NCBI GenBank assembly: GCA_002633005.1 | Contig: NMRA01000013.1 | Span: 1,091,001 to 1,155,000, forward strand | DNA: 64,000 nt | Source: Phoronis australis | Taxonomy: Eukaryota > Animalia > Phoronida | Reading direction: 5' to 3' | Shown here: positions 50,329 to 63,840 of the stretch, in pieces | Position numbering within the stretch: the first letter of the stretch is position 1 | Layout of the letters: each line of letters opens with the position of its first letter | Made by a program: the position numbers and the translations under genes | Notes under the pieces: generated by a model | The model's database searches: none | What the model saw: the letters and a program-made list of their open reading frames with translations, nothing else | Told to the model about the DNA's origin: nothing

Positions 50329-50788
50329 NNNNNNNNNNNNNNNNNNNNNNNNNNNNNNNNNNNNNNNNNNNNNNNNNNNNNNNNNNNNNNNNNNNNNNNN
50401 NNNNNNNNNNNNNNNNNNNNNNNNNNNNNNNNNNNNNNNNNNNNNNNNNNNNNNNNNNNNNNNNNNNNNNNNNNNNNNNNNNNNNNNNNNNNNNNNNNNN
50501 NNNNNNNNNNNNNNNNNNNNNNNNNNNNNNNNNNNNNNNNNNNNNNNNNNNNNNNNNNNNNNNNNNNNNNNNNNNNNNNNNNNNNNNNNNNNNNNNNNNN
50601 NNNNNNNNNNNNNNNNNNNNNNNNNNNNNNNNNNNNNNNNNNNNNNNNNNNNNNNNNNNNNNNNNNNNNNNNNNNNNNNNNNNNNNNNNNNNNNNNNNNN
50701 NNNNNNNNNNNNNNNNNNNNNNNNNNNNNNNNNNNNNNNNNNNNNNNNNNNNNNNNNNNNNNNNNNNNNNNNNNNNNNNNNNNNNNNN
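50329..50788. other. Assembly gap (460 N)
   Basis: Run of n. Confidence 1.
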
Positions 50789-51281
50789 CTGGGCACACAG
50801 CTGCACAAACACTTCATAAGCCATTCCCTGGTCCATCATCAGGAAATGTATGACTTTACAACTGCTCAGTTATAATACCTTCAACTGACAACATCCCTGG
50901 GCACACAGCTGCACAAACACTTCATAAGCCATTCCCTGGTCCGTCATCAGGAAATGTATGAATTTACAACTGCCCAGTTATAATACCTTCAACTGACAAC
51001 ATCTCTGGGCACACAGCTGCACAAACACTTCATAAGCCATTCCCTGGTCCATCATCAGGAAATATATGAATTTACAACTGCTCAGTTATAGTACCTTCAA
51101 CTGACAACATTCCAGGGCACACAGCTGCACAAACACTTCATAAGCCATTCCCTGGTCCATCATCAGGAAATATATGAATTTACAACTGCTCAGTTATAAG
51201 ACCTTCAACTGACAACATCACTGGGGACACAGCTGTATAAAGACTTTATAAGCCATTCCTTGATCCATCATCAGGAAATAT
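50789..51281. repeat. Tandem repeat, 108-bp unit, at least 4.5 copies (continues into the gap)
   Basis: Units start at 50789, 50897, 51005, 51113 and 51221 (ctgggcacacagctgcacaaacacttcataagccattccctggtcc...). Confidence 0.95.
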
Positions 51282-53808
51282 ACGCATTAAAATCTGTTCA
51301 GATATATGGCCGTTATTTCCCAAATCGCACATTATTGGTTTTCCTGTAGAGCACAACATATACCCCAAATGATAAATGAAACCATCCTTTCAAAAACATG
51401 ATAAAACATTCATAATTCAGCAAACAGCTTCATCCGAAATGTGCTTGAATGCCAATGGATTTATCTGTACTTTCAAAAATTCAAAATAACCTCAAAATAA
51501 CACATTGTAAGCGCAAGTTCATGAAATTTGAGCCTAACAACATGAGCAGACACGAGGCGGCGTTTCGGGGTAATTTTGAATTTTTGGAAGTGAAGATGAA
51601 ATCCATCAGAATGATAAATTTCTCTTTCATGAGAGGTTGAATTCTTTCACAGTGATTATTAGAAGCATAACTGTCAAAAGTAGAACGCACTCGTACCTTT
51701 GCGAAATACAAAGAATAGAATGAAGCAACGTAAATGGCTCACATCATAGTTTTGGCTTTTAGTGGAATGCAAGCACCGCCACCGTGAAAACAGATCCGGT
51801 CTTTCAACTCCGTGGTCTAACTTTCACAACGCAAAGTTAACACAAACGGCAATGGACGTTTTTCATTTAGAAGTAACGTGGCAAATAGTACCAAGGTTTT
51901 CCCTTTAGTTGTCAACACCTCCATATACTGACTGCGTACTGGTGGTGTCAGTCTTGTTTCTCAGTGCGTCTCTTTTAGCCTGAGATTGACCTCTAGTAAA
52001 TCACGTGCTACTGTACCTGTTATGTTAAATGATACGAGACTTGCATGTGAATATCATTCCATGATACTAAGAATATTAGTATACGCTGCATAGCAACAAT
52101 GACGTCGCGTTATCACGCACCACATTGTTATTGTTGAACAATGCACCTGACGTCATGCAGCAATCATACTAGTATCCAGCGGATAATTTCGAAGTTTTAT
52201 GCAACCCAGTCCAGGACTACGTAGTGTACCCCCGTGAAAGAAATCAAAAGCTATTTTACCGTCTTGTGTACGAATACAACTAGTACATATGTAAACAAGT
52301 GTAAGTTGACTAAAATCATCAAATATCAAACGAGTGTAAGTTTTCGAGAGTAAAATATTCTTATGTGGCAAGCATACTGAAACCCTGAACATCAATGTTA
52401 CGAAAAAGAATGAGGCATATCGGCAGCGTTAGTTGTCAGTGTCAGTGTTGTGCTTGAACACCTACTCTCGGGATCGTGACCGAGGTAGGCCTATGCGAGA
52501 GCTTGGACTACCCGAGTGAACTTGGCAAATTCACTCAACAATCCCGTTCACGTTGATTAAAAATTGTACTTCACATAAAAATAAATCACATGATAATTAA
52601 AAAGTACAATTTGCTCAAACTTTATTGCAGATCTCAACAATCACCAATTTTGTTCACCAAACAATAATTGATTAACCAGCATTCACATATTCCCCCAATT
52701 CTCTGACACCTTCAATGGTAAATTGAGAAAATACATCATTGTGGGTCCAGTTATAACACACTTTACAACAGGTTTCACCAGAGCTATTTAATGAACATAT
52801 ATTTCAACTCCACGCATGCACGATCTTGACACCAAGCGTAATTCCAAGTTTAAGCACAATGCGAGTGATGCCAACACTGAGAAAGATTCATTACTCAATT
52901 GACTTTTCGATGTCCAAGCGTATGCATTAACTTGTCAACAAAAGATAACATAATGCCATCTTCCGAGTCCATGTCAACACTCAAAATAAATGACAGCAAA
53001 ACACCTAAAAGGCTATCGTCGAAGTAGGCGAATCGAGGTCCACCATTTGGATTTCCCGGTGACAAAACTGCACGTCAAAAAGTAATACAATTTTCCATAC
53101 TGAAACCATACACTGGCATACATGTGAGCTCAACTATCAAATCAATGCATTTTATCGTCCATTAGCAAAAAATGACAAAAGATTTGATTCTCACGGCGTT
53201 TAGATCACCTAACCTAAGAGAAATTCGCCGAGGCCTTCTCATCAACGAGGCTAATTTGAACTCAGAGACAACTGATAAAGATGAAATAGGAAAAAATTAC
53301 TTTCAGTTAAATCCAGAAAAGAATTTAGAACTGACATCCTCGTCAAAAGCAGTCTTACACGAAAAGGGCGTTGCAAAATGACCTCGTCAGTCTTTCCGAG
53401 TGACGCTCACAAAAAGTTCACCGGCAAGTTGCCGCGCTTACAACCGGTAATCCATGCATATATATTCCCGGTCCACTTCTATTGCTACAAACCGTAGAAA
53501 ACACGGCATATTGTCGGTCACTTTTGCAGGCTTTACCTCACCGAATTTTAATTGTGGGACCCTAGCTTCTAAATCCGCCTTGTCGGTGATCAGTCAGTGC
53601 ACTGAAGCCCTGTCTCCCAGACGTAGACGTCATTTGTCGCTGATAGGTAAAATTTTTCTCATCTTGCGGCAGACGACGAAGTACTAATAACACTGTCATC
53701 AATTAACATGTGCCGCATAATAAATTATCACATATTTTTAGAATAACAGAGACAAATATTTTGCACACATGTGCCCCCTATGGTAAGCCCACAAAACACT
53801 CACTTTAA

Positions 53809-54771
53809 AGTGTACACAACATGACTCTAGTACCTCAAAATAAATTTAATTAATATATCTTACTAGATTTCAGTGCCTTTAGTACACAGCTCATAGAGAA
53901 ACACGCAAAAATTGAAAAAAAATAATAATTGTGTACAACGTCATGGGTTGAATCCAAGTCGTTTGCCATACTGTTCCGATCAGAGACAAAGTGTATAGAG
54001 TGAAGAGAAAGCAAAGTACATTTAGTGTCGAGAAGGTTCGTAGAGGGATCAAAAGATGTGTTTCCGGAGGCTGCAGCAACAGCAGCCAGGCGGAGAACGT
54101 CTCGGTGTTCCGAAGGACACCAAAGTTGCGCAGAAGTGGCATCGCTTCGTGCGCCGAACGAGAGTGTGGGACGTCATCGTGGACCAAACGATTAGGTCCG
54201 GGGCCACTCTGTGTTCTGCCCACTTTGAAGACTCGTGTTTCGACTCCAGTCACAGGAGACGTTACGATGAAGGCCTGGTTCAGTAAAGGACAATATTTAT
54301 CATTCAGAAACATCAGCTCTTAATTCAGGATCGTCTGTTGGATGACTGGGTTGACTCGCCGAGCCCGAGGCCGCTTCTCTCGCGGGAGGATCCAGTTCGT
54401 AAGGCTCAAAGTAGAAAAGTACGCAGCCGGAAGCGCATTAAAATTGTTCTCGCTTTCATGCAACCCCATTTCCTCATCCTGGCCACCATTCCCGCACGTT
54501 TCTTCATAGTATTCGTTCAATTCTTGCTCATAATTGTCGTCGCTTTCAAATTCCGTGCTCTCCACCATTGTTCAATGCTAGTCACTGATCTCTTGTGTTC
54601 AACCCATGACTTCACATGGCGGGAAATGTGAAATTTGGCAAATTGAAAGAAAAATCGAAATTTCGAGCTAATTATACAAAATAAACATGGGTTTAGCTAA
54701 ATTTTACGTCATACATTTAGTCTGTGGCCACCGGTAATTCAAAATGTACAAAAATCCATGGTGTGTACTGT
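53809..54771 (+). mobile_element. Internally deleted Kolobok element with THAP remnant
   Basis: ttaa|agtgtacacaacatg ... catggtgtgtactgt|ttaa, an imperfect TIR. Confidence 0.8.
54050..54330 (+). pseudogene. Frameshifted THAP domain remnant
   Basis: KRCVSGGCSN [frameshift] PKDTKVAQKWHRFVRRTR...LCSAHFEDSCF, the THAP C2CH pattern with conserved P, W and F. Confidence 0.8.
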
Positions 54772-56380
54772 TTAAGCTCTTGTCACACTAAACTCTTTCT
54801 CAGATCATCTGAGCATATCATAATTTGATAAAATCTGTTTCCAAGACCACCAGAAACATGCGAATCTTAGAGATAGTAGGCACGCAATGGTTATTGTTAA
54901 TGGGACACCATTATGCTTTGTCTCGTTCTATGGGTTTTTAAATACGTCTTGTGAATTATCCGCAATAGGCGATTTTACTTGTCACAACGCAACCATCACA
55001 TCCATCGGTACTGTCTCTTATTCATTAATCCATGTCTGTGTAGGTTGTAACTACGCTTATGCTTATAAATAAACTACGGTCTTTCTTCTTGCCTATATGA
55101 TCAAATAATTTTTCGTGTTACAGCTTTGAATTCGGGACAAAATATTCTAAAGTTTATTTTCAATTTGAAAAGGACAAACTATTCAGATGTTCACGTCTTT
55201 ATTTCATGAATCACCGCTGAACAGAATTGCAATTATTTTGTCCAGCAATAACAGCTTGGAAATTGACTTAGCGATTTCAGTTTGATTAATTGCTTTACTG
55301 GAAGTGGATTTCAGTTGTTTCAGAGTTGCGAAATTTGCTTACGGGCTGAACACACCATAATTTCTTTACCAAGAAACCATAGTCCTGCGTATGGCTGGGG
55401 GTGGATAGCCTCAGCTACATATTCTTATAATATGAAGAACAAAAGGAGAGGGAACGGACTTTCATGCACTCATCTACACTCACACTTACTAGGATTATAT
55501 AACATAATTTCTATCAACATTAATATTGATTTTCTAAATAATAAAACATATTAATCGTAACACGTTGAAATGTACATCTTAAGGCGTATTTCCATTTGCG
55601 CGCACAGTGTACTGTTTAATGCGTTCAAATAACAGAAAAGAGACGTGCCCGTTTGTTTTGCCCGTAAGCCACAGTGAAAATATATAATCTGCACTGCAAT
55701 ATTATAATTCCTGAGTTGATTATTAATTCCACGTGCAGTCACTTATTCCTTCTTGCAGCACTTTAAAAACCCACTGCTCAATGAGGGCGCTGTGGTAAGC
55801 GATACAAGTATCCGAAAGAGAACCCCCTTTTCCTGCGAAGCATCTTCCACGGGGCTGTTTATGGACGCAAAATCATTTCGGGAAAAAATGAGCGTTAGTT
55901 ACGAAAACCTGATTAAGAATACCCGACACTGATTTGAGAAAAGATTTACACTGTTTCAATTATTTAAATAAGTTTTCGAGATCGTCATGTGAACTAATGC
56001 GCGTTGATGTGGCAGGCGGGTTCCGTTCAGGCATTCAGGACATGTTCTCTGCCAAAGTTGTCTTTGAGAAACACACAGGCCTAGTACCTGCTCAGTCTCC
56101 AGGCACGACCTCAAGTTACACCTACGTAGGACTCGGAATACAACATGGCCAGTGTCGATGTGATTGGTTCGAACCCTGGTCAGGAAAGAGAACTAGTGTA
56201 GACTTAACTATAGGTCACGTGATGTGACCATCATATGGTGTGTGTGAAGACTAAATAATTCTTTCTTATGCTACATCAACTCGCTGATTTATGACAACAA
56301 AATTATATGCACTCCCAAGTAAGACATGTTCTATTTTAATAGTTTTAAAAAAACTATTTGGAATGCTGTAATCGACAAGT

Positions 56381-56453
56381 GGCCCCAGTAGCTCGGTGGA
56401 CTAGAGCGTCTACACGGTTAACAGAACTTCTTGGGTTTGAACCCCGGTCGGAG
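56381..56453 (+). mobile_element. tRNA-like (SINE-type) head, degenerate
   Basis: ggccccagtagctcggtggactagagcg...gggtttgaacccc, with box A and a degenerate box B. Confidence 0.5.
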
Positions 56454-58739
56454 ATTTAGCTCAACAACCAGAATTTTTGGCGGCGACGGCGAAGATTGCC
56501 GGTTTGAATTTACGCTGTGACTTTTCTCAGAAAATCACTTTTCTCACCAATGTTGTCACTTTACGAGATGACTCCTAACTTATTGTAATCTTCAACACGA
56601 ATTAAAACGCGTCTACCTTGCCCCAAAACCTGCCACATATCTCGTCACACGAGGTCCATGAGTCTGACGACGACGCTGATGATGACGATGCTGAAGATTT
56701 AAAAAGGTAATCGGCACACTGCTTTGCTCAAAAAGTGAGGGCGATTAGAAAGTAAGTTAATTTTATGTAGAACCCTATATTAATTTCCAAATTTGGCCAA
56801 CTTCGGACCATCACATCTCAAAAATTGCTGATCGGATTCGTTTGAATTTTTCAGATGTTATGCTTTATGACTTGTTCTCCGAAAAGCTATTAGGATTTGT
56901 TTTTAAAATATTCTAGGTTTGTAAGAGTGGCTTTATGATTTTCATAAAAAAAAATCGACAGCAGAATAAAATGAAAACGAAAGGGTGATTCAAAAACCGT
57001 AACAGCATTTTTGAACTTTCATCTTGAGTACTCATATCAAATGAAATTTGGTCATGTTATTTATATTGTTTTACTATGAATATATCTTTCTTTTTCATAA
57101 GTTCTACATAAAAGACACTGTAACGAACAATGTAATCTAATTAGTGATAATATGAAATCAAAAATCTATTTCGACAGACTTTTTGCTTTCAGAAATATAT
57201 ACATTTACTAATTCAAAATCTATAGTTTTGTGAACTCGTTGACAAGGTAAATCGTTGATACTTTCTCTCAACATAAATGAATGTCGTGCTCAGTCAAAAC
57301 AGCTGTCGCTTCCGTCTGTACATTTTGTAATCGTTAAGACAACCCCATGGGAATTGCATGCACATTCACTTATATTTCGATTTCATTTGACTGTGCTTCA
57401 GCTTTTGACTGTGATAGAAAGCGCAAATCGACCAGGCGCGGATCCAGGCATTGGTTTTAGAAATTCACACTCCCGCACCCTTTGCATTTAACCCAGGTTC
57501 CATGATGTATGTTTTCATTTGATATTTGTTCCGACCGCCTTCGCGACATTAAATAAATTTACAATCACAGATGATACCTTTGTAGCAAATACATCCAATA
57601 TTGACACGGTTTCACTAAATATTTACACGAATTTGTAGAATGTAGAATTATTCTCTCTATTATAAACACCAGCACTTCTTCATTTCACATTGAGTCATAA
57701 AAATTTTTAAAGGGATCGCAAGACTAATAGCCAAGTAGCCACCTATAGGGGCCCAATAGGGGACCTTGAAATTCTTGGTAGTATGATTGGTTTATGTTGA
57801 GGTGGTCCCCCTGAAGCATTTTAGCTGGGTTGTAATCATGACAAATTTGCGAATTAAGGCCGCCATTATGCAAAATTCTGTTTTTGCTTATAACTTCCTT
57901 ACCAAGTACCATAGGTAGATTATTTTGATGGTTTTACCTGTGTTTCCGAGGTCAGTGAATTCAATGGAGCTAGTTTGCAGGTGGATATATCGTGAATTTG
58001 CATAATTTATGCAACTTAAGGCCGCCATTAATCAAAAACATTCTTGTGCTTATACCTGAGCTAAAAAGCACCACAGGTAAATTATATTGACATTTTCCCC
58101 ATGTTTCTATGGTCAATTAATTTAATGAAATCAATTTTCAAGCTGTTTCATGATAAATTTGCATGATTTATGCAAATAATGGCCACCATAACCTGTTTCT
58201 ATTCGTGACTGCCTTACCGAGAACTTCAAGTGAATCACCTTAATATCTGCACCCATGTTTTCGTTGTCAATGAATTTAATGAAATCAATTTGCTGGTCAT
58301 TACAACATACATTTGTATAATTTATAACTTATACAAATACGGGTTGACATTATTTATTCTGAATGCTCTCCCTAAGAGATACCGTTCATGAAAATACAAA
58401 TTATGCATGTGCATCAAACAATTGCAACTAATTACAAGGGCTCCACGATGCTTGTAATTCATTCTAGTTTTTCCACAAGACAGTGTTCCGCTAATTACTT
58501 AGTGTCATGTCACCAAGGAGTGGAAACATTGTCTGTGCAAGTGCCTTTAAGTTCCATTTGCGATCGCTCTAAAACTTCAGTTCCGGACCCACAGCAACCA
58601 AAGTTAATCCCCAACTCAGATTCCCATCCCTCAACTCGACACAGTCATCGACAGTGCTCCATACACGATGGCCTAGTTCCGGAGACCAGATAACAAAGTC
58701 ATGCTTTCATATTCTAGCTGCGATTCAGGGGCACAACCA

Positions 58740-59070
58740 TGGAATCTAGTAGTCTTTGGGAATGTACTTTGATCATGTATGGAGCCTTTTCGGTGCGTGC
58801 GTGGAGTTCAGTTCAGGGTTGCAAATCTGTGTATTTGTACCACGGGTGTTTGATGTCTTCCGGTCCTGGATCATAACTGGATTCTAGAGGTGCCATTGTG
58901 GAATTGTTTCCGCCACTTTTTATGTAAGCAGCAGCAAAATCATTATGACAGTTAGTCCAGTTACAACCAGCCAACCAATACAGACAAGATGACTCCTGGA
59001 TGCATGGTATGATATGTCTTGTGAATTGTGTGTAATTACATTACATGCACTCAAAGTGGGCCCCCTCTGT
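58740..59070 (-). mobile_element. Possible decayed LINE ORF2 3' remnant inside the Academ-like element
   Basis: Minus-strand peptides ACNVITH...SYHASRSHLVCIGW, MAP and RKTSNTRGT resemble the A.R.IT...Y..S...L..LGW / AP.YL / NLRG tail of L2/Crack-type ORF2. Confidence 0.35.
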
Positions 59071-60898
59071 TATTAAAGAGTTTGATGAAATGCGAAGGAT
59101 ATAGCTCGACGTTTTGATAACATGTTTAGTTATGATTTTCAGTTCTCAATTTCCGTGACCGGTAGTAGCGAATTCGGCACTCCCGTTTATCGTGACAGTA
59201 AATTTCGTTTATTCTATCGATTTTTCTGTGAAAGTCAAAACTTCAACTCTGGACTTGAAACTACTGGATTCCAAGAACTTTTTCATTCTGATAGCATTAG
59301 TTTAACAGTATACAATAATGTAATGCTTCTAATATTAATCTTTATACAACACTGTGATGTTTTACAACTTTTCCATTTGATAGCATCAAATAACTCGGTA
59401 TAATTTAATGTACAATCTATGAAATAGATTTATACTAGATTCTGTGATAATTTTTATGTAAAGGTAAATTTTATCAATTTTTACCTTTTAATAGTTCTTT
59501 AAATTCTCTTGTGTTTTTATTCTTTTCTGTTTATATGTCTTTAACTTGATTACATGTATTCTAATATTGGTAGTAAAAGTTCTTTATAGACTGAGAACGA
59601 GCTGACGCCAACGCACTTGTCAACGGTCCCGCTTTTGGCAGGAACGTCTTGCATTTTGAAAGTCTATTTCGCCATACTTTTACACCATCCAAATATCTGG
59701 CTTTTTGGCATACAGCGAAATTGACTTATTACCATTTATCTTTGTGATTTACCACGCTGTTCTGGTAAAAAATCAAAGGCGCTGCTGGAGCGTTTTTAGG
59801 TGTTTCACCCTTGCGTTTTGGCACACACCCAGATGTCCCAGTTTTCTCAATCCAGGTGTCCCATTTTTTCATTTTCGAATGTTGGCAACTGTGTGACATA
59901 CATATGGAGTTGCAAGCTTGTCTTGATTCATTGAAAATCGGCCAATGAAATTCCACAAGTCATGCTACCGATCATATACATCTAAGGGAACGTGAAGCAC
60001 AGTCATACAGATGTACAGTAGGAGAAACAGTGTTGAAGATTCAAACAGGTCAACCAAGTTTTGATGCTGTGGCAACGACGAAAAAGATAAAATCTCAAGA
60101 ATGAGAATGTGTTATCAAATGTGGAATAAATGAAAGACGAGGACATCCAAGCTTCACGCAAATATCATAAGATGCCGATGAAGTGTGGAACGATGAATGG
60201 GGACAAGTGGAAATGTTTGTCACAGGGGCGCTCCCTGCCGACGCGCAATATCACAAGAATTGTTGATTCGAATTCAGTTTTTAACTTCTTGGTTTTGATA
60301 TATGTTTCAACAGTTATAAACAAAAAATAATGATTCTCAGATTAAGGTTGCATTTCTCCTGTTTAGCTGGCTAAAAATCGAATTAGGAATTTTACTCTCA
60401 AAACATCGGTATCATGTATTTCTTACCATGACAGGACTCCATTCCATTGCCGACTTAGTCACAGGGAATTTGTATATGCGCCATTTCCTTGTTGATAACA
60501 GAGGTAGAATCCTTTCACAATACGGAATACTATGAGACATTTTTATGACAGTCAGCTAAAATGGGTAAAATGCAGCTTAAAATTCAAGTTCCAATCCTGG
60601 TTTATGACTTTTTTATGAAGGTTGGGGCTGATATACAGCGGCCTACCATCAGTCACATTCGTGACGACGACACACTGGGTAATGTAATTGAAAAGATGCA
60701 CGACAGCCAGAATGCGTGAACACGTACGTCTGTACCGGAGTCTTTGTGACAAGTATCGTAATTTCCGAGGGCAACTTTCCGTCAAACAAATATTTACTTA
60801 ACTGATGAAAAAAGAAATTGATGTTTTAATTATGCCAGGTTGTGTATCAGTTGTTGGGTTTGGAAATTTCCAGGCAAGTCTCTAAAGTTTGATGTTGT

Positions 60899-61056
60899 CA
60901 GGGGCGGATCCAGGATTTTGAGTTGGGGGGGCCAGGGCAGAGTATTAACCAGGATTTTGCCCGTCAGACATTCGGACTCCCGAACTGCCAAATGGAATCT
61001 GAGAATTTGAGGGGGAGGGGCATGGCCCCCTTGGCCCCCCTCTAAATCCGCCACTG
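60899..61056. mobile_element. hAT-like MITE
   Basis: caggggcggat ... atccgccactg, with flanks gatgttgt / gctgtggt (6/8 match, degenerate 8-bp TSD). Confidence 0.75.
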
Positions 61057-63436
61057 GCTGTGGTTGTGAAGGTCAAGCTATGCATGAAAATTCCAGTGTA
61101 TGGTCTTAGTGACGTCATTAAGAGGGAGATAATTACCCATATTAGAGCACACTTCTGAAAATGATTTGAGATCTTGTTTTGGATGATACAATCACGCAAA
61201 AGTCTCTATCGTCTCTAAATTTTTAATTAATGAAATCATCCAGAGTCATGTAACCAAGACAATGAGCCAAATTATTCTTGGTTGCCAAAATTTACATGAA
61301 TTATTTAAAATCATGATGTAATGACCTGCAAACTGATTACATTGACCACAAAAAATATGGTTGCAAATATCAAAATAATCTATATGTAGTGTACCTTGAA
61401 AGGAAATTCTGAGCAGAAACTGAATTTTAAATAATGGCGTCCCTTATTTGCACAAGTTATGTACATTTATCATGTAGCAACCTGTAAAATTATTTCATTA
61501 AACTAATTGATCACAAAAACATGGGCGCAAACTTAAGGATCATATGAGAAGCATGGATGCGAATTTCACTATAATTTACTTTTATTACCTGATAATGAGC
61601 TTTAGGCACAAGTAGAATTTTCAATAATGGCTGCCTCAATTTGCATAATTTATGCAAATTTTCGATGTATCCCCTATCAAAGCAGCGGTATTAAATTCAC
61701 TGTCTACATAAACATGGAAGCAAATATCAACATAATTTACCTGTAGTGCCTGATACCGCAGCTATAAGCACAAGTAGAATTTTCAGTAATGGCTGCGTCG
61801 ATTTGCATAATTTATGCAAGTTATCGATGTATCCAACCCCAATGTAGCTCCGCTATATTCACTGACCAGAAACATGGGTATTAACATCAAACTAATCTGC
61901 CTGCAATGCTTAGTATGGAAGTTACAACAAGAATAGGATTTTGCATAATGGCGGACTTTATTTCATACTTAGAAAATGCTCAAGATTGTCAAGATTACAA
62001 CTCAGCTAATATACTACCAAGAAATTCTAGGTACTCATTTCTGGCTACTAAGCTATAACGAAATTTGACGAAACGTCCTGCGTAGTAATATAATACATTA
62101 ATGCGACATCTGTTTTTGAACTAAATAAATCAAAACTGAGTAAAAATTGGGATTTTTTAATTTCTGATGGCCGTTCTTAAATTCATTGATAAAGTTCTGC
62201 ATTTGCGATTTCAGAGCTATTTCATGTTCCGAAAGAGCGGACAGTTTCCTTTGAAGTCTTTCTACATTTACTTGCTTCATTAGGTGACGTAAAATCTTCG
62301 ACGTGGCGCTTCTCGATTGTCGTCAAGTCCCTCATGATTTTATGTACACGTGCATGACATGAAAAGAACTGTAGCAGTAGCTAACTCTTACTGCAGACTT
62401 ATTATACCTGCATACAGGTGATGCAAGTGGCAAGCATAGGAATATCGGCTCTAATGAAATTTGGAATAAACAATAGACTTATCGATTAGTTGACACAATA
62501 CTTTTGAAGAGTTGAGTAAGTATTTGGAATGGCGAACGGGTCGATTACAATACATTATTTAAGTAGTTCGGACCGACAATGAAGTCGCTCAGATGTGAGG
62601 GCACAAGGAATTTAATTTGTTGAAGTGGAAATTAATTTTAGTAACCACTGAAGTATGCAATAGGCACCTGCGTAACCAGGTAGATTTCACTAACCTCGCT
62701 AAAAAGCAAGATTTCGTGAGATGACGTAAGATATTGTCGTGTATTTCAAATGAGAACACGTGATTTTGGCTAGATTTTAGTGAGGTCCTAGCGTAGGTCT
62801 TAGCATTACTGAACTTTACCCATGTCTAAGTGAATTTCCTGAGCCAAAACCGTACACGCAGTCATGCCCACGGAAAAGCATAGACCACTAGCGCCACAGG
62901 GTTTCATATGCAGTGGAACCGAGCTACAATATGCGTAGGAAGTTTTGAGTTACCAAGTGTCGAGTAAGGGCACACTACTACTAAATCAAGGAAATGACGC
63001 TAAGATAGTCTAAAATGCATGTAGTAATACATACCTTCACACGTTGACCTACTGTGCGAGACATACTTCCAGTTTTAGAACACAATAAAACAAGAAAACA
63101 ATAAGCACCCTGACATTCACTGATGTCGTATTTACAATATTTACACGTCGTTTCGTGCTTTCGAACTTAAAACGTCATCGTGGAAACAACAAATTGAGCA
63201 GGGCAAGCACAAGGACCAACCAGTGAAAGCCATGCTGGGACGCGTTCCGTATCGCGAGATAACGGTGAGCGGAATTTAAAGAAGTAAAATCTTCGCTTGC
63301 AGAACCGTAGCCAGCTCTGCACGGGGGCTGGTTCGAATTTCAAGAACGGTGGACATTTGATATTTTGCAAACGTCGACACTATAAAGAACGGCATCAGAT
63401 GTAATAGGGTGGAAGTGAAAAAGATGATATTTATAC

Positions 63437-63840
63437 AGATGTAATGTGGTCTTGAAGGAGAACGTTCACCCCTGCCAAATTTTCAAATCAGGCGTGCTTA
63501 AATGAGTGATTACACCTCATTACATACTCAGATGGAAATATGTAGTCGGAGAATGGCTTGACTAAATTTTATATCTGGTTGTATTTTTGCATGTTACTCT
63601 TAAGTTGCTTAATTCGATCGAAGCCACCCCCAGCGGAAAAGGTCCAGTCCCAGCATATCCGTTAAAGAAAGGATGTAGATGGACAAAAACAAAAATTGTT
63701 GCAGCTACTGGTACTACTAACTACAAAGATAATTACAAGTTGGAGGAAATAATTTGCACCTGATTCCAAGCAATTCACGTGGCATCGGGCCGTACCCGGT
63801 CAACTTTCCTCCAGTGGTGTTTGTGTAGATGACAGGATCG
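63437..63840. mobile_element. Composite repeat fragment: copy of 33385-33555 (inverted) followed by copy of 31410-31620
   Basis: Shared blocks gcggaaaaggtccag, tatccgttaaaga, tactggtactactaactacaa, tcgggccgta.ccggtcaactt and ggcgtgcttaaatgagtgattacacctca. Confidence 0.75.

Larger units (their letters stand above)
57728..62055. mobile_element. Academ-like non-autonomous element (TAG...CTA, 3-bp TSD, long diverged TIRs)
   Basis: taa|tagccaagtagcca ... tggctactaagcta|taa. Several hundred bp of inverted similarity are built from ~160-bp subrepeats (ggccgccatta near 57858, 58020, 58180; taatggc near 61626, 61787, 61947). Confidence 0.8.

Noticed and set aside
50201-50839. Long ORFs spanning 50201-50839
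   Set aside because: Artefacts of the N gap.
50789-51281. CRISPR-like array
   Set aside because: Units are contiguous full-length repeats without unique spacers, there are no cas genes, and the context is eukaryotic.
3202-56453. tRNA-like segments as genuine tRNA genes
   Set aside because: They retain box A/B but lack complementary acceptor stems and clean anticodon arms, so they are treated as SINE-like heads. tRNAscan-SE was not run.
56650-56706. Acidic stretch EVHESDDDADDDDAEDLK followed by gtaat as a plus-strand exon
   Set aside because: Low-complexity GAC/GAT run with no clear acceptor or partner exons.
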